A stretch of DNA of 64,000 nucleotides, taken from NCBI GenBank assembly GCA_039794085.1, contig JBDIWC010000002.1, positions 9,829-73,828 on the forward strand, written 5' to 3'. Below are positions 1 to 8,477 of the stretch, piece after piece. A program made the position numbers and the translations under genes. The notes under the pieces are model-generated. The model was not told where the DNA came from, ran no database searches, and saw only the letters and a program-made list of their open reading frames with translations. Position 1 is the first letter of the stretch. Every line of letters starts with the position of its first letter. The DNA comes from Gemmatimonadales bacterium. Lineage in GTDB: Bacteria > Gemmatimonadota > Gemmatimonadetes > Gemmatimonadales > GWC2-71-9.

Positions 1-42
1 GACGGGCCGCGAACTCCCCGGCGCCCCCGGGCCTGACCCCCC

Positions 43-1353
43 ATGCGCGCTCTGCTGGAGGGGGTTCTCCGGCTCGTGCTCCGGCTCTACTTTCGCACCA
101 TCGTCGTCCATGGTCTGGATCAGTTGCCTCCCGGCGGCCGGTTGATCTTCGTCCTCAACCATCCCAACGGACTGGTGGATCCGTTGTTCGTGCTCCTGAA
201 GAGCGGGCGCCGAGTCTCCTTCCTCGCCAAGGCCCCCCTCTTCCGGCTCCCGGTCCTCGGCTACTTCCTTCGGCTCACCGAGACCATCCCGGTCCACCGG
301 CCGGAAGACAACGCGGGCGACACGGCGCGCAATCAGGAGACCTTCGCACGGGCCCGCCAGGTTCTCCAGCACGGCCGGGCGATCGCGATCTTTCCCGAGG
401 GCACCACCCACAGCGACCCCTCGCTCAAGCCGCTCCGCACCGGGGCCGCCCGCATCGCCCTGGCCGCCACCGCCGATGGGCCGGTCTCCCTGGTGCCCAC
501 CGGGCTCACCTACAGCAACAAGGCCCGGTTCCGGAGCCGTGCCACGGTCCAGTTCGGGGTACCCATCGTGCTTCCCGTCGGCGCCGCCCCTGACCCCGAC
601 GCCCCGGACCCCATTGCGGTCCAGGCCCTGACTCAGCAGCTCCGGGATGCCCTGGGCCAGGTCACCGTGCAGGCCGACCGGGCCGAGATCATCGACCTCC
701 TGGCGCGCACCACGCGCCTCCTGGCTCCCCGTTCCGATCCCGACTCCGCAGTGGTCCTCCATCGCCGCATCGCCGAGGGCTACGCCCGGCTCCGCGAGGA
801 GGACCCCACGCGCCTGGCCCGGCTTCGCCACCGGGTGGAGCGGCACCTGGGCTTGCTGGACACGGTGGGCATCCCGCCCGAGGCCCTCAACTCGGCCTCC
901 TATCGTCCCCAACGCGTCGCCCTCTTCACGGCCCACCGGATCGCCCGGATTCTGTTGCTGGTCCCCCTCGGCGTCCCGGGGTTCGTGGTGCATGCCCCGG
1001 CGTGGGTGATGGTCGGACGCCTGGCCCGCCGCTACGCCAAGGGAGCCAGCGAGGTGGTGTCCACCGCTCAGATTCTGGGCGGGATGCTTCTGTACCCCCT
1101 GACCTGGATCGGTCTGGGGGGTGCGGTGTACCTCTGGCGTGGCTCGGTGTCCGCCGGCGTGACCCTGACCCTGGCACCCCTCGCCGGGTATGCGGCACTG
1201 CGACTCATGGAGCAGGCGGACTCCCTGATCACCGCCACCCGGGGCTATCTCTTCTTTGTCGCGGGGCGCGAGGGGTTCCAGCGGCTGGCCGCGGCGCAGC
1301 AGGCGCTGCGGGCCGACCTGGAAGCGGTGGGTCGCGAGAATCTTTCCGCGTGA
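43..1353 (+). CDS. lysophospholipid/1-acyl-sn-glycerol-3-phosphate acyltransferase family protein with C-terminal membrane extension
   Basis: PlsC-like acyltransferase motifs NHPNGLVDP (HxxxxD) and FPEGTT; hydrophobic C-terminal helices. Confidence 0.7.
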   Translation: MRALLEGVLRLVLRLYFRTIVVHGLDQLPPGGRLIFVLNHPNGLVDPLFVLLKSGRRVSFLAKAPLFRLPVLGYFLRLTETIPVHRPEDNAGDTARNQETFARARQVLQHGRAIAIFPEGTTHSDPSLKPLRTGAARIALAATADGPVSLVPTGLTYSNKARFRSRATVQFGVPIVLPVGAAPDPDAPDPIAVQALTQQLRDALGQVTVQADRAEIIDLLARTTRLLAPRSDPDSAVVLHRRIAEGYARLREEDPTRLARLRHRVERHLGLLDTVGIPPEALNSASYRPQRVALFTAHRIARILLLVPLGVPGFVVHAPAWVMVGRLARRYAKGASEVVSTAQILGGMLLYPLTWIGLGGAVYLWRGSVSAGVTLTLAPLAGYAALRLMEQADSLITATRGYLFFVAGREGFQRLAAAQQALRADLEAVGRENLSA

Positions 1354-1376
1354 GCCCGTGGTATCGGGGTTTGTAG

Positions 1377-1790
1377 GAAAACCACGAAAAGCACGAAAAC
1401 ACACGAAGGCATGGCGTCGTCATTTTCGTGTCGTTCCGTGTATTTCGTGGTACAAGTGGGAAGGACGGGTTTGGCTTTCCATCAGCGGGGGCCGTAAGCG
1501 ACGCCAGGACTGATCGAGTACGGGTACGAGTACGGGTACGGAAGACGCCCCTTCCTATCGCGGAGTTCGTTGCGCCCTCGCGTCCCTGCGCCCTTGCGTT
1601 AATCTTGCGGTGGGATCGAGCGAGGGGGACGCCGGAACGACGGGTTTGGCCTTCTGTCAGCGGAAGTCGTGAGCGACGTCAGGGCCTGATCGAGTACGGC
1701 TACGAGTACGAGTACGTGCACGGCCCCCCCTGATTCCCTACTCCCGACTCCCTACTCCCTGCTCCCAACCCCTACACCACCGGGGTCGGG
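1377..1790. repeat. composite intergenic repeat element: CACGAA-triplet hairpin (1386-1454), two copies of an approx 85-bp direct repeat each ending in a GTACGR hexamer tract (1472-1555 and 1638-1725), then CCCTACTCCC motifs (1731-1780)
   Basis: arm CCACGAAAAGCACGAAAACACACGAAGG and inverted arm TTTTCGTGTCGTTCCGTGTATTTCGTGG; GTACGGGTACGAGTACGGGTACGG; same modules recur at other loci. Confidence 0.8.
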
Positions 1791-2746
1791 AGAGTCCCCC
1801 CCTCGAACCAGGCCCGCAGATTGGCCAGCGCCAGCTTCCCCATCGCGGTTCGCGTCTCGAGTGTGGCGCTTCCCAGGTGAGGCAACAACACCACCTGCTC
1901 CATCGCCCGCAGGGCTTCCGGAACGTTCGGCTCCTCGGCGTACACATCGAAGCCGGCCCCGGCCAGCCGTCCTTCGGAAAGGGCCGCGACCAACGCCGCT
2001 TCGTCGACGATGCTCCCCCGGGCGGTGTTGATCAGCACGCTCGACGGCGGCATGAGGGCCAGCCGCCGGGCATCGATCAGGTGATGCGTCTCGGGGGTAG
2101 ACGGCACATGGAGGGTCACCACGTCGGATTCGATGAGGAGTCTATCCAGCGACACCTTCTCCGCCTCGATCCCACCGAGTTCCCAGGGGGGAACCGGGCT
2201 CCGCGAGGCGTACCGGATGCGCATGCCGAGCCCCGCATGGGCCCGCCGCGCGACAGTGGCCCCGATCCTCCCCATCCCCACCACACCCAGCCGGAGCCCG
2301 TGGGCCGATCGTCCCAGAAGTTGGGTCGGTTCCCACCCGGTCCATCCACCACTCCGCACCAGGCGCTCCCCCTCGCCCAGGCGCCGCAGTACCGCCAGGA
2401 TCAGCGCGATCGTCAGCTCGGCTGTCGCTTCGGTGAGCACTCCCGGCGTGTTGGAGACCCGGACACCGACACTTCGAGCCGCCTCCAGGTCGATGTTGTC
2501 CACCCCCACGCCGAAGTTGGCGAGCAATCCGGTGCGCCGGCCCGGCGTCCGCAGCAGGTTGGCGGAAAACCTGTCCCTGACGGTGCAAAGGATGGCGTCC
2601 GATTTCCGTAGCGCCTTGCGCAGATCGTCCGCTGTGGGCGGCCTGAATCCGGGAGGGTGCCGCACCTCGCCGAGGGTGCTCAGGGCGGACTCCACTTCGG
2701 TGGGGAGTCGCCGGGTCTGGTAGATGGTTGGTTTCGTCGAGGTCAT
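1772..2746 (-). CDS. D-isomer-specific 2-hydroxyacid dehydrogenase (glyoxylate/hydroxypyruvate reductase)
   Basis: NAD-binding GVVGMGRIGATVARRA, catalytic region typical of GhrB/HprA family; 324 aa. Confidence 0.85.
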   Translation of the reverse strand: MTSTKPTIYQTRRLPTEVESALSTLGEVRHPPGFRPPTADDLRKALRKSDAILCTVRDRFSANLLRTPGRRTGLLANFGVGVDNIDLEAARSVGVRVSNTPGVLTEATAELTIALILAVLRRLGEGERLVRSGGWTGWEPTQLLGRSAHGLRLGVVGMGRIGATVARRAHAGLGMRIRYASRSPVPPWELGGIEAEKVSLDRLLIESDVVTLHVPSTPETHHLIDARRLALMPPSSVLINTARGSIVDEAALVAALSEGRLAGAGFDVYAEEPNVPEALRAMEQVVLLPHLGSATLETRTAMGKLALANLRAWFEGGTLPTPVV

Positions 2747-2782
2747 GCTGCATTATACCGGCGACCCCATGCCGCAGGTACC

Positions 2783-4099
2783 ATGCCCTCACCCTCCCGT
2801 CATCAGCACCCGCGCGACCTGCTCGAGTTCTGTTTCCGCGAGGGTGTGCGGGCGGTCTCCCCGGACGTTGCCTTGCGCGGTGTTCTCCGCGCTCCCCCCA
2901 GCTCGGCGGCCACTCCGTGGATTCTGGGGATAGGGAAGGCCGCGGCCGGGATGGTGGCTGTCGCGGGAGAGGTGCTCACGGGGGCGGGACACGGATCAGC
3001 CGAGGGACTTGCGGTCCTGGATGAACCACCGGGACGGGAGCTCCCGGTGCTCTGGTGCGTGGGGGATCACCCCGTTCCGCGTGCCGCATCCCTGCACGCG
3101 GCGGAGCAGTTGAGGGAGACGGTGGCTCGCATCCCCGCCGGACACCCGGTGTGGGTCTTCCTGAGCGGAGGGGCGTCGAGTCTCATCGCGGCGCCGATCG
3201 GACCGATCACCCCGGAGGATCTCCGCGAGCTGTGGAGAGTGCTTCTCTCCAGCGGTCTCCCGATCGGAGAGATGAACGCGATCCGGAAGCTGGTTCTTGA
3301 ACACGCCGGGGGCCGGCTCGGCGTGGCACTGGGCGGCGGTGGCCGCGCGGTGTCGCAATATCTGATATCGGATGTCCCGGGAGACGACATCGCGGACATC
3401 GGGTCGGGTCCCTGCGTGGGAACGGTGGATCATCGAGAGATGGTACGAGCACACCTCGCTTCCCTGCCCCTGAGCCCTGCGCTCCGTGACCGGATCCTCA
3501 CCGTGCTCGAGGCCAGTCCCCCGCCCCGTGCCGATGATCCCGCCCTGGCGGGAATAACTCATCGGATCGTGGCCACCAACCGGCACGCCCGGGAGGCGGT
3601 GGGAGCCGCGGCCCGCACGCTGGGATGGGAGGTGGAGGTGGAGGGGACTCCGGTGACGGGCGAGGCGCGCCTTGTGGGCCGGGAGTTCGCCGCATTTCTC
3701 GTCGCTCAGGAACCGGGATCCGTTCCTCGGCTTATCGTGCGCGGGGGAGAAACGACGGTAAAACTCCCCTCCACCGGGACGTGTCCACCGGGAGGGCGCA
3801 ACCAGGAGCTGGCCCTGGCGGCGGCGGAGGTGTTGTCGGGAGACAGGATGAACCAGCCGGTGGTTCTGGCCGCGGGAACCGACGGGCGGGACGGGACGAC
3901 GGAGGCAGCAGGAGCCGTGGTGGACGGGGAGACGTGGGAGCGGATCCGGACCCTGGGTATCGACCCGGAGCGAGCCCTGACGGACCATCGTGCGCACGAG
4001 GCGCTGGCGGCCGTCGATGCGCTGGTGATCACCGGAAGGACGGGGACGAATGTGATGGATCTTCTGCTGGGTGTGGTCCCACCCCGAGGCGGGTGGTAG
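2783..4099 (+). CDS. glycerate kinase, MOFRL family (GckA/TtuD-like)
   Basis: MOFRL C-terminal motifs GGETTV, AAGTDGRDG; start at ATG 2783 chosen to avoid overlap with the convergent dehydrogenase (ORF N-terminal extension rejected). Confidence 0.75.
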   Translation: MPSPSRHQHPRDLLEFCFREGVRAVSPDVALRGVLRAPPSSAATPWILGIGKAAAGMVAVAGEVLTGAGHGSAEGLAVLDEPPGRELPVLWCVGDHPVPRAASLHAAEQLRETVARIPAGHPVWVFLSGGASSLIAAPIGPITPEDLRELWRVLLSSGLPIGEMNAIRKLVLEHAGGRLGVALGGGGRAVSQYLISDVPGDDIADIGSGPCVGTVDHREMVRAHLASLPLSPALRDRILTVLEASPPPRADDPALAGITHRIVATNRHAREAVGAAARTLGWEVEVEGTPVTGEARLVGREFAAFLVAQEPGSVPRLIVRGGETTVKLPSTGTCPPGGRNQELALAAAEVLSGDRMNQPVVLAAGTDGRDGTTEAAGAVVDGETWERIRTLGIDPERALTDHRAHEALAAVDALVITGRTGTNVMDLLLGVVPPRGGW

Positions 4100-4250
4100 G
4101 AATCACCACGTACCCGTACTCGTACATCTGCACGTTGGCTGGGAAGGTATACCCGTGGGTGCGCCGCTTGCGGCGCACCAGGGCCGTGAATGATTCTCTG
4201 CCTTGGGGTGCGCCGCAAGCGGCGCACCCACAAACGCCGGCACACCCACA
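4100..4250. repeat. repeat element: GTAC hexamers plus twin hairpins GGTGCGCCGC-TTGC/AA-GCGGCGCACC (4152-4172, 4205-4225) and CACAAA-type motif
   Basis: two near-identical perfect 9-bp-stem palindromes 50 bp apart; CACAAACGCCGGCACACCCACAAGG. Confidence 0.6.
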
Positions 4251-4254
4251 AGGC

Positions 4255-4605
4255 TCAGGGCTCCTCCGAGGGCGCATCGCGCCGCACGGGATCACCTTGT
4301 TGCATCAGCAAGCGTCCCGTGAAATCGAGCCGGTCCTCGAGCTCAGACACCCGGGCCCGCATCTCTTCGGCGTTCTGCTGGAGCTGCTCATTCTGATCGA
4401 GCACCTGCTGCAGATCCGCACGGTTCTGCTCGGCCCGTCGGCGAATCGTGAGGTGCCGAGCGCCGAGGGCCAAGGCGGCGGCCAGCAGGGCGTGGAGGGT
4501 GGCGTGCGCCGGTTCACCGGGCAAGGCGGCGAACCACACGGAAACGAGGTTGGCGGCGGACAGGGCCCAGGCCGTGGGAATCCAGGCGCGGTGCTTGAAC
4601 CACAT
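4255..4605 (-). CDS. small membrane coiled-coil protein, PspB-like (phage-shock protein B-like)
   Basis: N-terminal hydrophobic segment then coiled coil ADLQQVLDQNEQLQQNAEEMRARVSELEDRL resembling PspB; flanked on both sides by repeat elements. Confidence 0.4.
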   Translation of the reverse strand: MWFKHRAWIPTAWALSAANLVSVWFAALPGEPAHATLHALLAAALALGARHLTIRRRAEQNRADLQQVLDQNEQLQQNAEEMRARVSELEDRLDFTGRLLMQQGDPVRRDAPSEEP

Positions 4606-4865
4606 AGGAACCTCCTGGTGACGAGAGCCCGCGACACCTCTCCCTTCCTTTTCCGTACACCTACACGTACACGTACACGTACTCGTACTCGTACACGATA
4701 GGGCGGATCCCGGAAAAGATATCCTCTTTTCCGTACACGTTCTCGTACACGTTCTCGTACACGTTCTCGTACTCGAACGGCCCCGAATACCCCTGAAGCA
4801 ACTGCCGTGTACGGGTACGGGTACGGGCCCCTCCCCCCTTCTATGCCCTATGTCCTACGTCCTAT
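4606..4865. repeat. hexamer/12-mer microsatellite block: (GTACAC/GTACTC)n, (GTACACGTTCTC)x3, (GTACGG)x3, near-palindrome GGAAAAGATATCCTCTTTTCC
   Basis: read directly: cgtacacgtacacgtacacgtactcgtactcgtacacg; gtacacgttctcgtacacgttctcgtacacgttctcgtactcg; gtacgggtacgggtacggg. Confidence 0.8.
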
Positions 4866-5300
4866 TCACGGCACCAACCCCGGGACGGGATGAAAATCAT
4901 GTCCCAGCAGAACCGTCAGGTCCACCCGACGGAGGGTGTCGATCTTCACGACCACGCGTCCCACGCCGAGCGACCGCACCACGCGGAATCCGGCATCCTT
5001 GTCTCCCCGCCGAACCAGGATCAGGGTCGAATCGAGGATCGTGTCGGCGGTGCCAAAAAATACGACGTCGATTCCGTCCCGGCGCAACTGGGCGGTTCCC
5101 GCCCGGGCCAGCCGGGATCGCCGGGTGGCGTTGAGCACCTCCGCGGTCACCCGCTCGGATCCCCGGGTGGCCACGGCACTCGGCATCGAGGGGGTGTCGT
5201 GGCGGAACAGAATGGCTCCGGCCACGATCACGACACCCGCGGCGATGGCTACAACTGCGGCGCGAGGGATCGAACGGGAGAGGAAACGAGACTGTTCCAA
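4866..5300 (-). CDS. LytR_C (LytR cell-envelope-related C-terminal) domain membrane protein
   Basis: TM helix IPRAAVVAIAAGVVIVAGAILF followed by LytR_C-like domain (VTAEVLNATRRSRLARAGTAQLRRDGIDVV...VDLTVLLGHDF); start uncertain (TTG about 5300 or ATG 5186). Confidence 0.55.
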   Translation of the reverse strand: MEQSRFLSRSIPRAAVVAIAAGVVIVAGAILFRHDTPSMPSAVATRGSERVTAEVLNATRRSRLARAGTAQLRRDGIDVVFFGTADTILDSTLILVRRGDKDAGFRVVRSLGVGRVVVKIDTLRRVDLTVLLGHDFHPVPGLVP

Positions 5301-5851
5301 AATCGATAGGTCGGTTCCGGGATGGGCCAGGCCGACCGGGCAAGGTGCTCGAGGCGGCGGCGCGCCACCTCGAGCAGCACCCCCGTGGGGTTGGTGGGGA
5401 ACTCGCGGGCCAGGGCGGCCCGCTCCTCCCGATCGAAAGGGCGCCCGGGATCGAGAAAGTCGGCACAGTAGAGCACGCGTCCCACCATGTCCCACTCCGC
5501 GAGCCCCACGGAGTGATACCGCACGGCGTCGAGCACTCCACGATCGGTCTCTCCGTGCCCCTTGGCCCGGGCGGCACTCGCGGGACCATGGCGCAGCTCG
5601 ATCGGTCCCGGGGTGGTCGGCGCGGCGAGTTCCAGGTCCTCCAGCGGGGCATCGCGAAGAGCGTCGTGAAGCCACACCGCCCGGAGCCATCGATGGGTCT
5701 CCGAATCGGGCACCCCCATCTCCAATGCCCAGAGATAGGCCAGCGCGGCCACGCGCTTGACATGATCGATCCGGTCCTCGCTCATGATGGCCCAGTCGGG
5801 AATCGAGGGACGCAGTTCGGGCCGGATCGAGGGATCGGAATTCCGGTTCAT
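5249..5851 (-). CDS. yqeK: HD-superfamily hydrolase YqeK (bis(5'-nucleosyl)-tetraphosphatase-like)
   Basis: HD motif region RVAALAYLWALEMG...AVWLHDALRD; start may be internal ATG at about 5785. Confidence 0.65.
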   Translation of the reverse strand: MNRNSDPSIRPELRPSIPDWAIMSEDRIDHVKRVAALAYLWALEMGVPDSETHRWLRAVWLHDALRDAPLEDLELAAPTTPGPIELRHGPASAARAKGHGETDRGVLDAVRYHSVGLAEWDMVGRVLYCADFLDPGRPFDREERAALAREFPTNPTGVLLEVARRRLEHLARSAWPIPEPTYRFWNSLVSSPVRSLAPQL

Positions 5852-6351
5852 CCCCGACCGATCCTGCTCCGCGGGGGCACGCGACCGGGCGTCACCCGAC
5901 CCGGCGAGGGAGCGTCGGTCTCTGCCAGTGGATTCATCACGCCCAGTTCCTCCAGCTCATGGTGCCAAAAGGTCCGATCCCGGAGGCCGGGATGCGGCAC
6001 GGTCAACCGTTGGTCCGACAGCTCCGCGGAGCCGTGAAGCACCAGGTCACAATCGAGGAGGCGAGGAGCCCAGCGGCTTCCGTCGCGCACCCGTCCCGCA
6101 CACCGCTCGATCTCCAGGAGTGCCTCCAGGAGGTCATGCGGAGAGAGAGTCGTCTCCAGAAGGACCATCTGGTTGAGATACCGGGGCTGGTCAAACCCTC
6201 CCAGCGGCTCCGTTTCCTCGATGCTGCTGCAGGCAACCACCCGGGTTCCGGACAGGCTGGCCAATCCCCTCCGCGCTCCCTCCAGGGCCCCCGCCCGATC
6301 GCCCAGGTTGCTCCCCAGCGCCACGCACGCCCGTACCGTGGTGGTCATCAC
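5848..6351 (-). CDS. folK: 2-amino-4-hydroxy-6-hydroxymethyldihydropteridine pyrophosphokinase (HPPK)
   Basis: [39 protein letters not shown] conserved HPPK motifs; ATGA overlap with upstream gene. Confidence 0.85.
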   Translation of the reverse strand: MMTTTVRACVALGSNLGDRAGALEGARRGLASLSGTRVVACSSIEETEPLGGFDQPRYLNQMVLLETTLSPHDLLEALLEIERCAGRVRDGSRWAPRLLDCDLVLHGSAELSDQRLTVPHPGLRDRTFWHHELEELGVMNPLAETDAPSPGRVTPGRVPPRSRIGRG

Positions 6352-8477
6352 GATTCCAGTGCCAAACTGCGCGCGATGACCTGGAGTTGAGAAGCGAGGA
6401 CCTCCAAGTCCCCGATCACCTTATCCAGATCGGCCTGGCCCCGTCGTGCCGCCGCCGCCTGTCCCGCGACATGATCGGCATCGGACCGGGCGGTCTGGGC
6501 CGCCTCGGCCACCTGCCGGATCTGGGCCTCGAGGCGGTGCCCTTCGCGTTCCTGATCGGTGGAGGCCTCGGCGATGGTCCGGGCCTCCAGCCCCGCAGTA
6601 CGTGCCGAGGACACGATGGCCTCCAGGGCACGGGCCGCCTCGGCGCTGACCTCTCCCACTCCGGACACCACGGTCTGGCCCAATTCCATCTGGGCTGTCA
6701 TGCCCCTCACAGCACTGGCGACCTCCCGCATGATCTGGGCCGCTTCTTCCGTCATTTCGGTGCTCTGCAGCGCGAGCGACCGCACCTCCTCCGCCACCAC
6801 GGCGAACCCCCGGCCCTCGGCACCCGCCCGAGTCGCCTCGATCGCCGCGTTGAGGGCGATGAGGTTGGTGGCGTCGGCCACGTCACGGATCGAGTCGATG
6901 AAGGTGGCGATCCGATCGGCGGCGGCCCCCAGCTCAGCCACCCGCGCCGAGGTGTCCTCCACGAAGCTCCGGACCTGAACCAGGCGGTCGATGGCATCCC
7001 CGATCGCCACCCGGTGGCGGTCGGCCGCATCGGCCGCGGCCCGGCTCGCCGTGGCGGCCCGGCGCCCCCCCTCCGCCGTTTCCGCGGATCGGCGGGTCAG
7101 TTCGCCCATGGTGGTGAGTCCCGCCTGGGCAAAGGTCTCATTGACTCCGATCTTCCGGCGCATTCCCTCCGCGGCCGACCCGAGGGCCACGGCGCTCCCC
7201 CGCAGCGACTGGGAGGCCCCCACCAGGGTCCGCACCTGGCGTTCGATCTGTTCCACCGTCCTCACCAGGGGGCGACGCAGTTCCGCGAGATGAATCGCCG
7301 TGGCGATCTGCCCTCCCAACGCCGCAATGGCGGCGAGATCGCGCGGGCCGTAGTAGTGCCGTTTGTGGTGTTCCAGTTCCAACGTTCCCAGCGTCATGTC
7401 GGCCATGCGCAGGGGGTGGATCACGATGGTCTTCCGGCCGGGGTCCTGGAATCCGAGCCGGGGGTCCTTCTCCGCGTCCGGGATCATCACGGTGATCCCC
7501 CTCTCGACGGCATCACGCCGGATCCGTTCCAGCGCGGGTCCCGCCGGTCCGCGCCCGGGACGTCCCAGCACCGCGCGGTAGAGGAGGGTGGCCTCGCCGG
7601 TCCCGGTGCGGAAGATGGAGTAGTCACCCCAGTCGACCAGGCGATAGGCGAGTCGCTCGATCTCCCCCAGGGCCCCGTGCAGGCTCGTCGTTCCGAGGAC
7701 GGCGGATTGCATCTGGTGCACCTTGTTGAGATCCTCGGCGGCGATGGCCTCCTCCAACAGGGTGCGGGCCAGGAGGCCCATCGCCCCCAGGGCAATGAGC
7801 ACGGCGGGCCACCCGGCGGGGGAGAGCGTCGCCACCGCCCAGACGATGACCGTGGCCGCCAGCAACGTCATCAGATAGGCGACGATCTCCCAGCGCAGGA
7901 TGAACAGGCGTTCCTCGAGCAACAATTTGTCGCGCACCAGCAGGGAGAAGTAGAACAACAACCGGGAAAAGGCGAAGTAGGCGAACACGAAGGCGGCGGC
8001 CGCCGGGAGGTAGTTGATCGAGAGCCCCTCCACGCCCGACGCGACATGCACCTGGGCATAGACGCCGTACGCCGCGGCAAAGGCCAGCACCTCCCGACCC
8101 GAATTGATCGCCGCGGCCACCAGGGGCTTCCGCGCCACCAGAAGGTCACCCAGCAACACTCCGGACCCGAGGGCCAGGACCACGGCACTGGGCGGCGCGA
8201 CCAACGCGCCGACCACCCCCGTGATCCCGCTCTGCGTGAGATACGAGTACTTGCTGAGACGGACCGGCGCGATGCGGAGACCGAATGCCCCCAGCGCCAG
8301 TGCCGTGGTCAGAAGCGGCACCTCCATCCACCGGGTGTCGAGCACGAGGCTCGTTGCCGCCACCACCAATCCCCCGATCCACAGGAGAGTGGCGTAGGTC
8401 GACAGGACCTGACCCACCAGGACGGGGGACCGGGGAGCCCGGGGGGAGTGGGAGGTGGACTCAGAGGAAATAGTCAC
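6348..8477 (-). CDS. membrane sensor: N-terminal multi-TM domain + GAF domain + methyl-accepting chemotaxis protein (MCP) signalling domain
   Basis: about 280 aa of TM helices; GAF-like segment; MCP highly conserved region [32 protein letters not shown]. Confidence 0.8.
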   Translation of the reverse strand: MTISSESTSHSPRAPRSPVLVGQVLSTYATLLWIGGLVVAATSLVLDTRWMEVPLLTTALALGAFGLRIAPVRLSKYSYLTQSGITGVVGALVAPPSAVVLALGSGVLLGDLLVARKPLVAAAINSGREVLAFAAAYGVYAQVHVASGVEGLSINYLPAAAAFVFAYFAFSRLLFYFSLLVRDKLLLEERLFILRWEIVAYLMTLLAATVIVWAVATLSPAGWPAVLIALGAMGLLARTLLEEAIAAEDLNKVHQMQSAVLGTTSLHGALGEIERLAYRLVDWGDYSIFRTGTGEATLLYRAVLGRPGRGPAGPALERIRRDAVERGITVMIPDAEKDPRLGFQDPGRKTIVIHPLRMADMTLGTLELEHHKRHYYGPRDLAAIAALGGQIATAIHLAELRRPLVRTVEQIERQVRTLVGASQSLRGSAVALGSAAEGMRRKIGVNETFAQAGLTTMGELTRRSAETAEGGRRAATASRAAADAADRHRVAIGDAIDRLVQVRSFVEDTSARVAELGAAADRIATFIDSIRDVADATNLIALNAAIEATRAGAEGRGFAVVAEEVRSLALQSTEMTEEAAQIMREVASAVRGMTAQMELGQTVVSGVGEVSAEAARALEAIVSSARTAGLEARTIAEASTDQEREGHRLEAQIRQVAEAAQTARSDADHVAGQAAAARRGQADLDKVIGDLEVLASQLQVIARSLALES

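Noticed and set aside
1377-1790. Integron attC sites / retron msr-msd as explanation for the inverted repeats
   Set aside because: No integron integrase, reverse transcriptase or core-site GTTRRRY architecture in the window; the repeats are dispersed between housekeeping genes.
4890-5763. Large ORFs 4936-5760 (+), 4897-5763 (-), 4890-5309 (+)
   Set aside because: Arg/Pro/Gly-rich out-of-frame shadows typical of high-GC DNA; real genes are LytR_C (4866-5300) and yqeK (5249-5851), supported by domain motifs.
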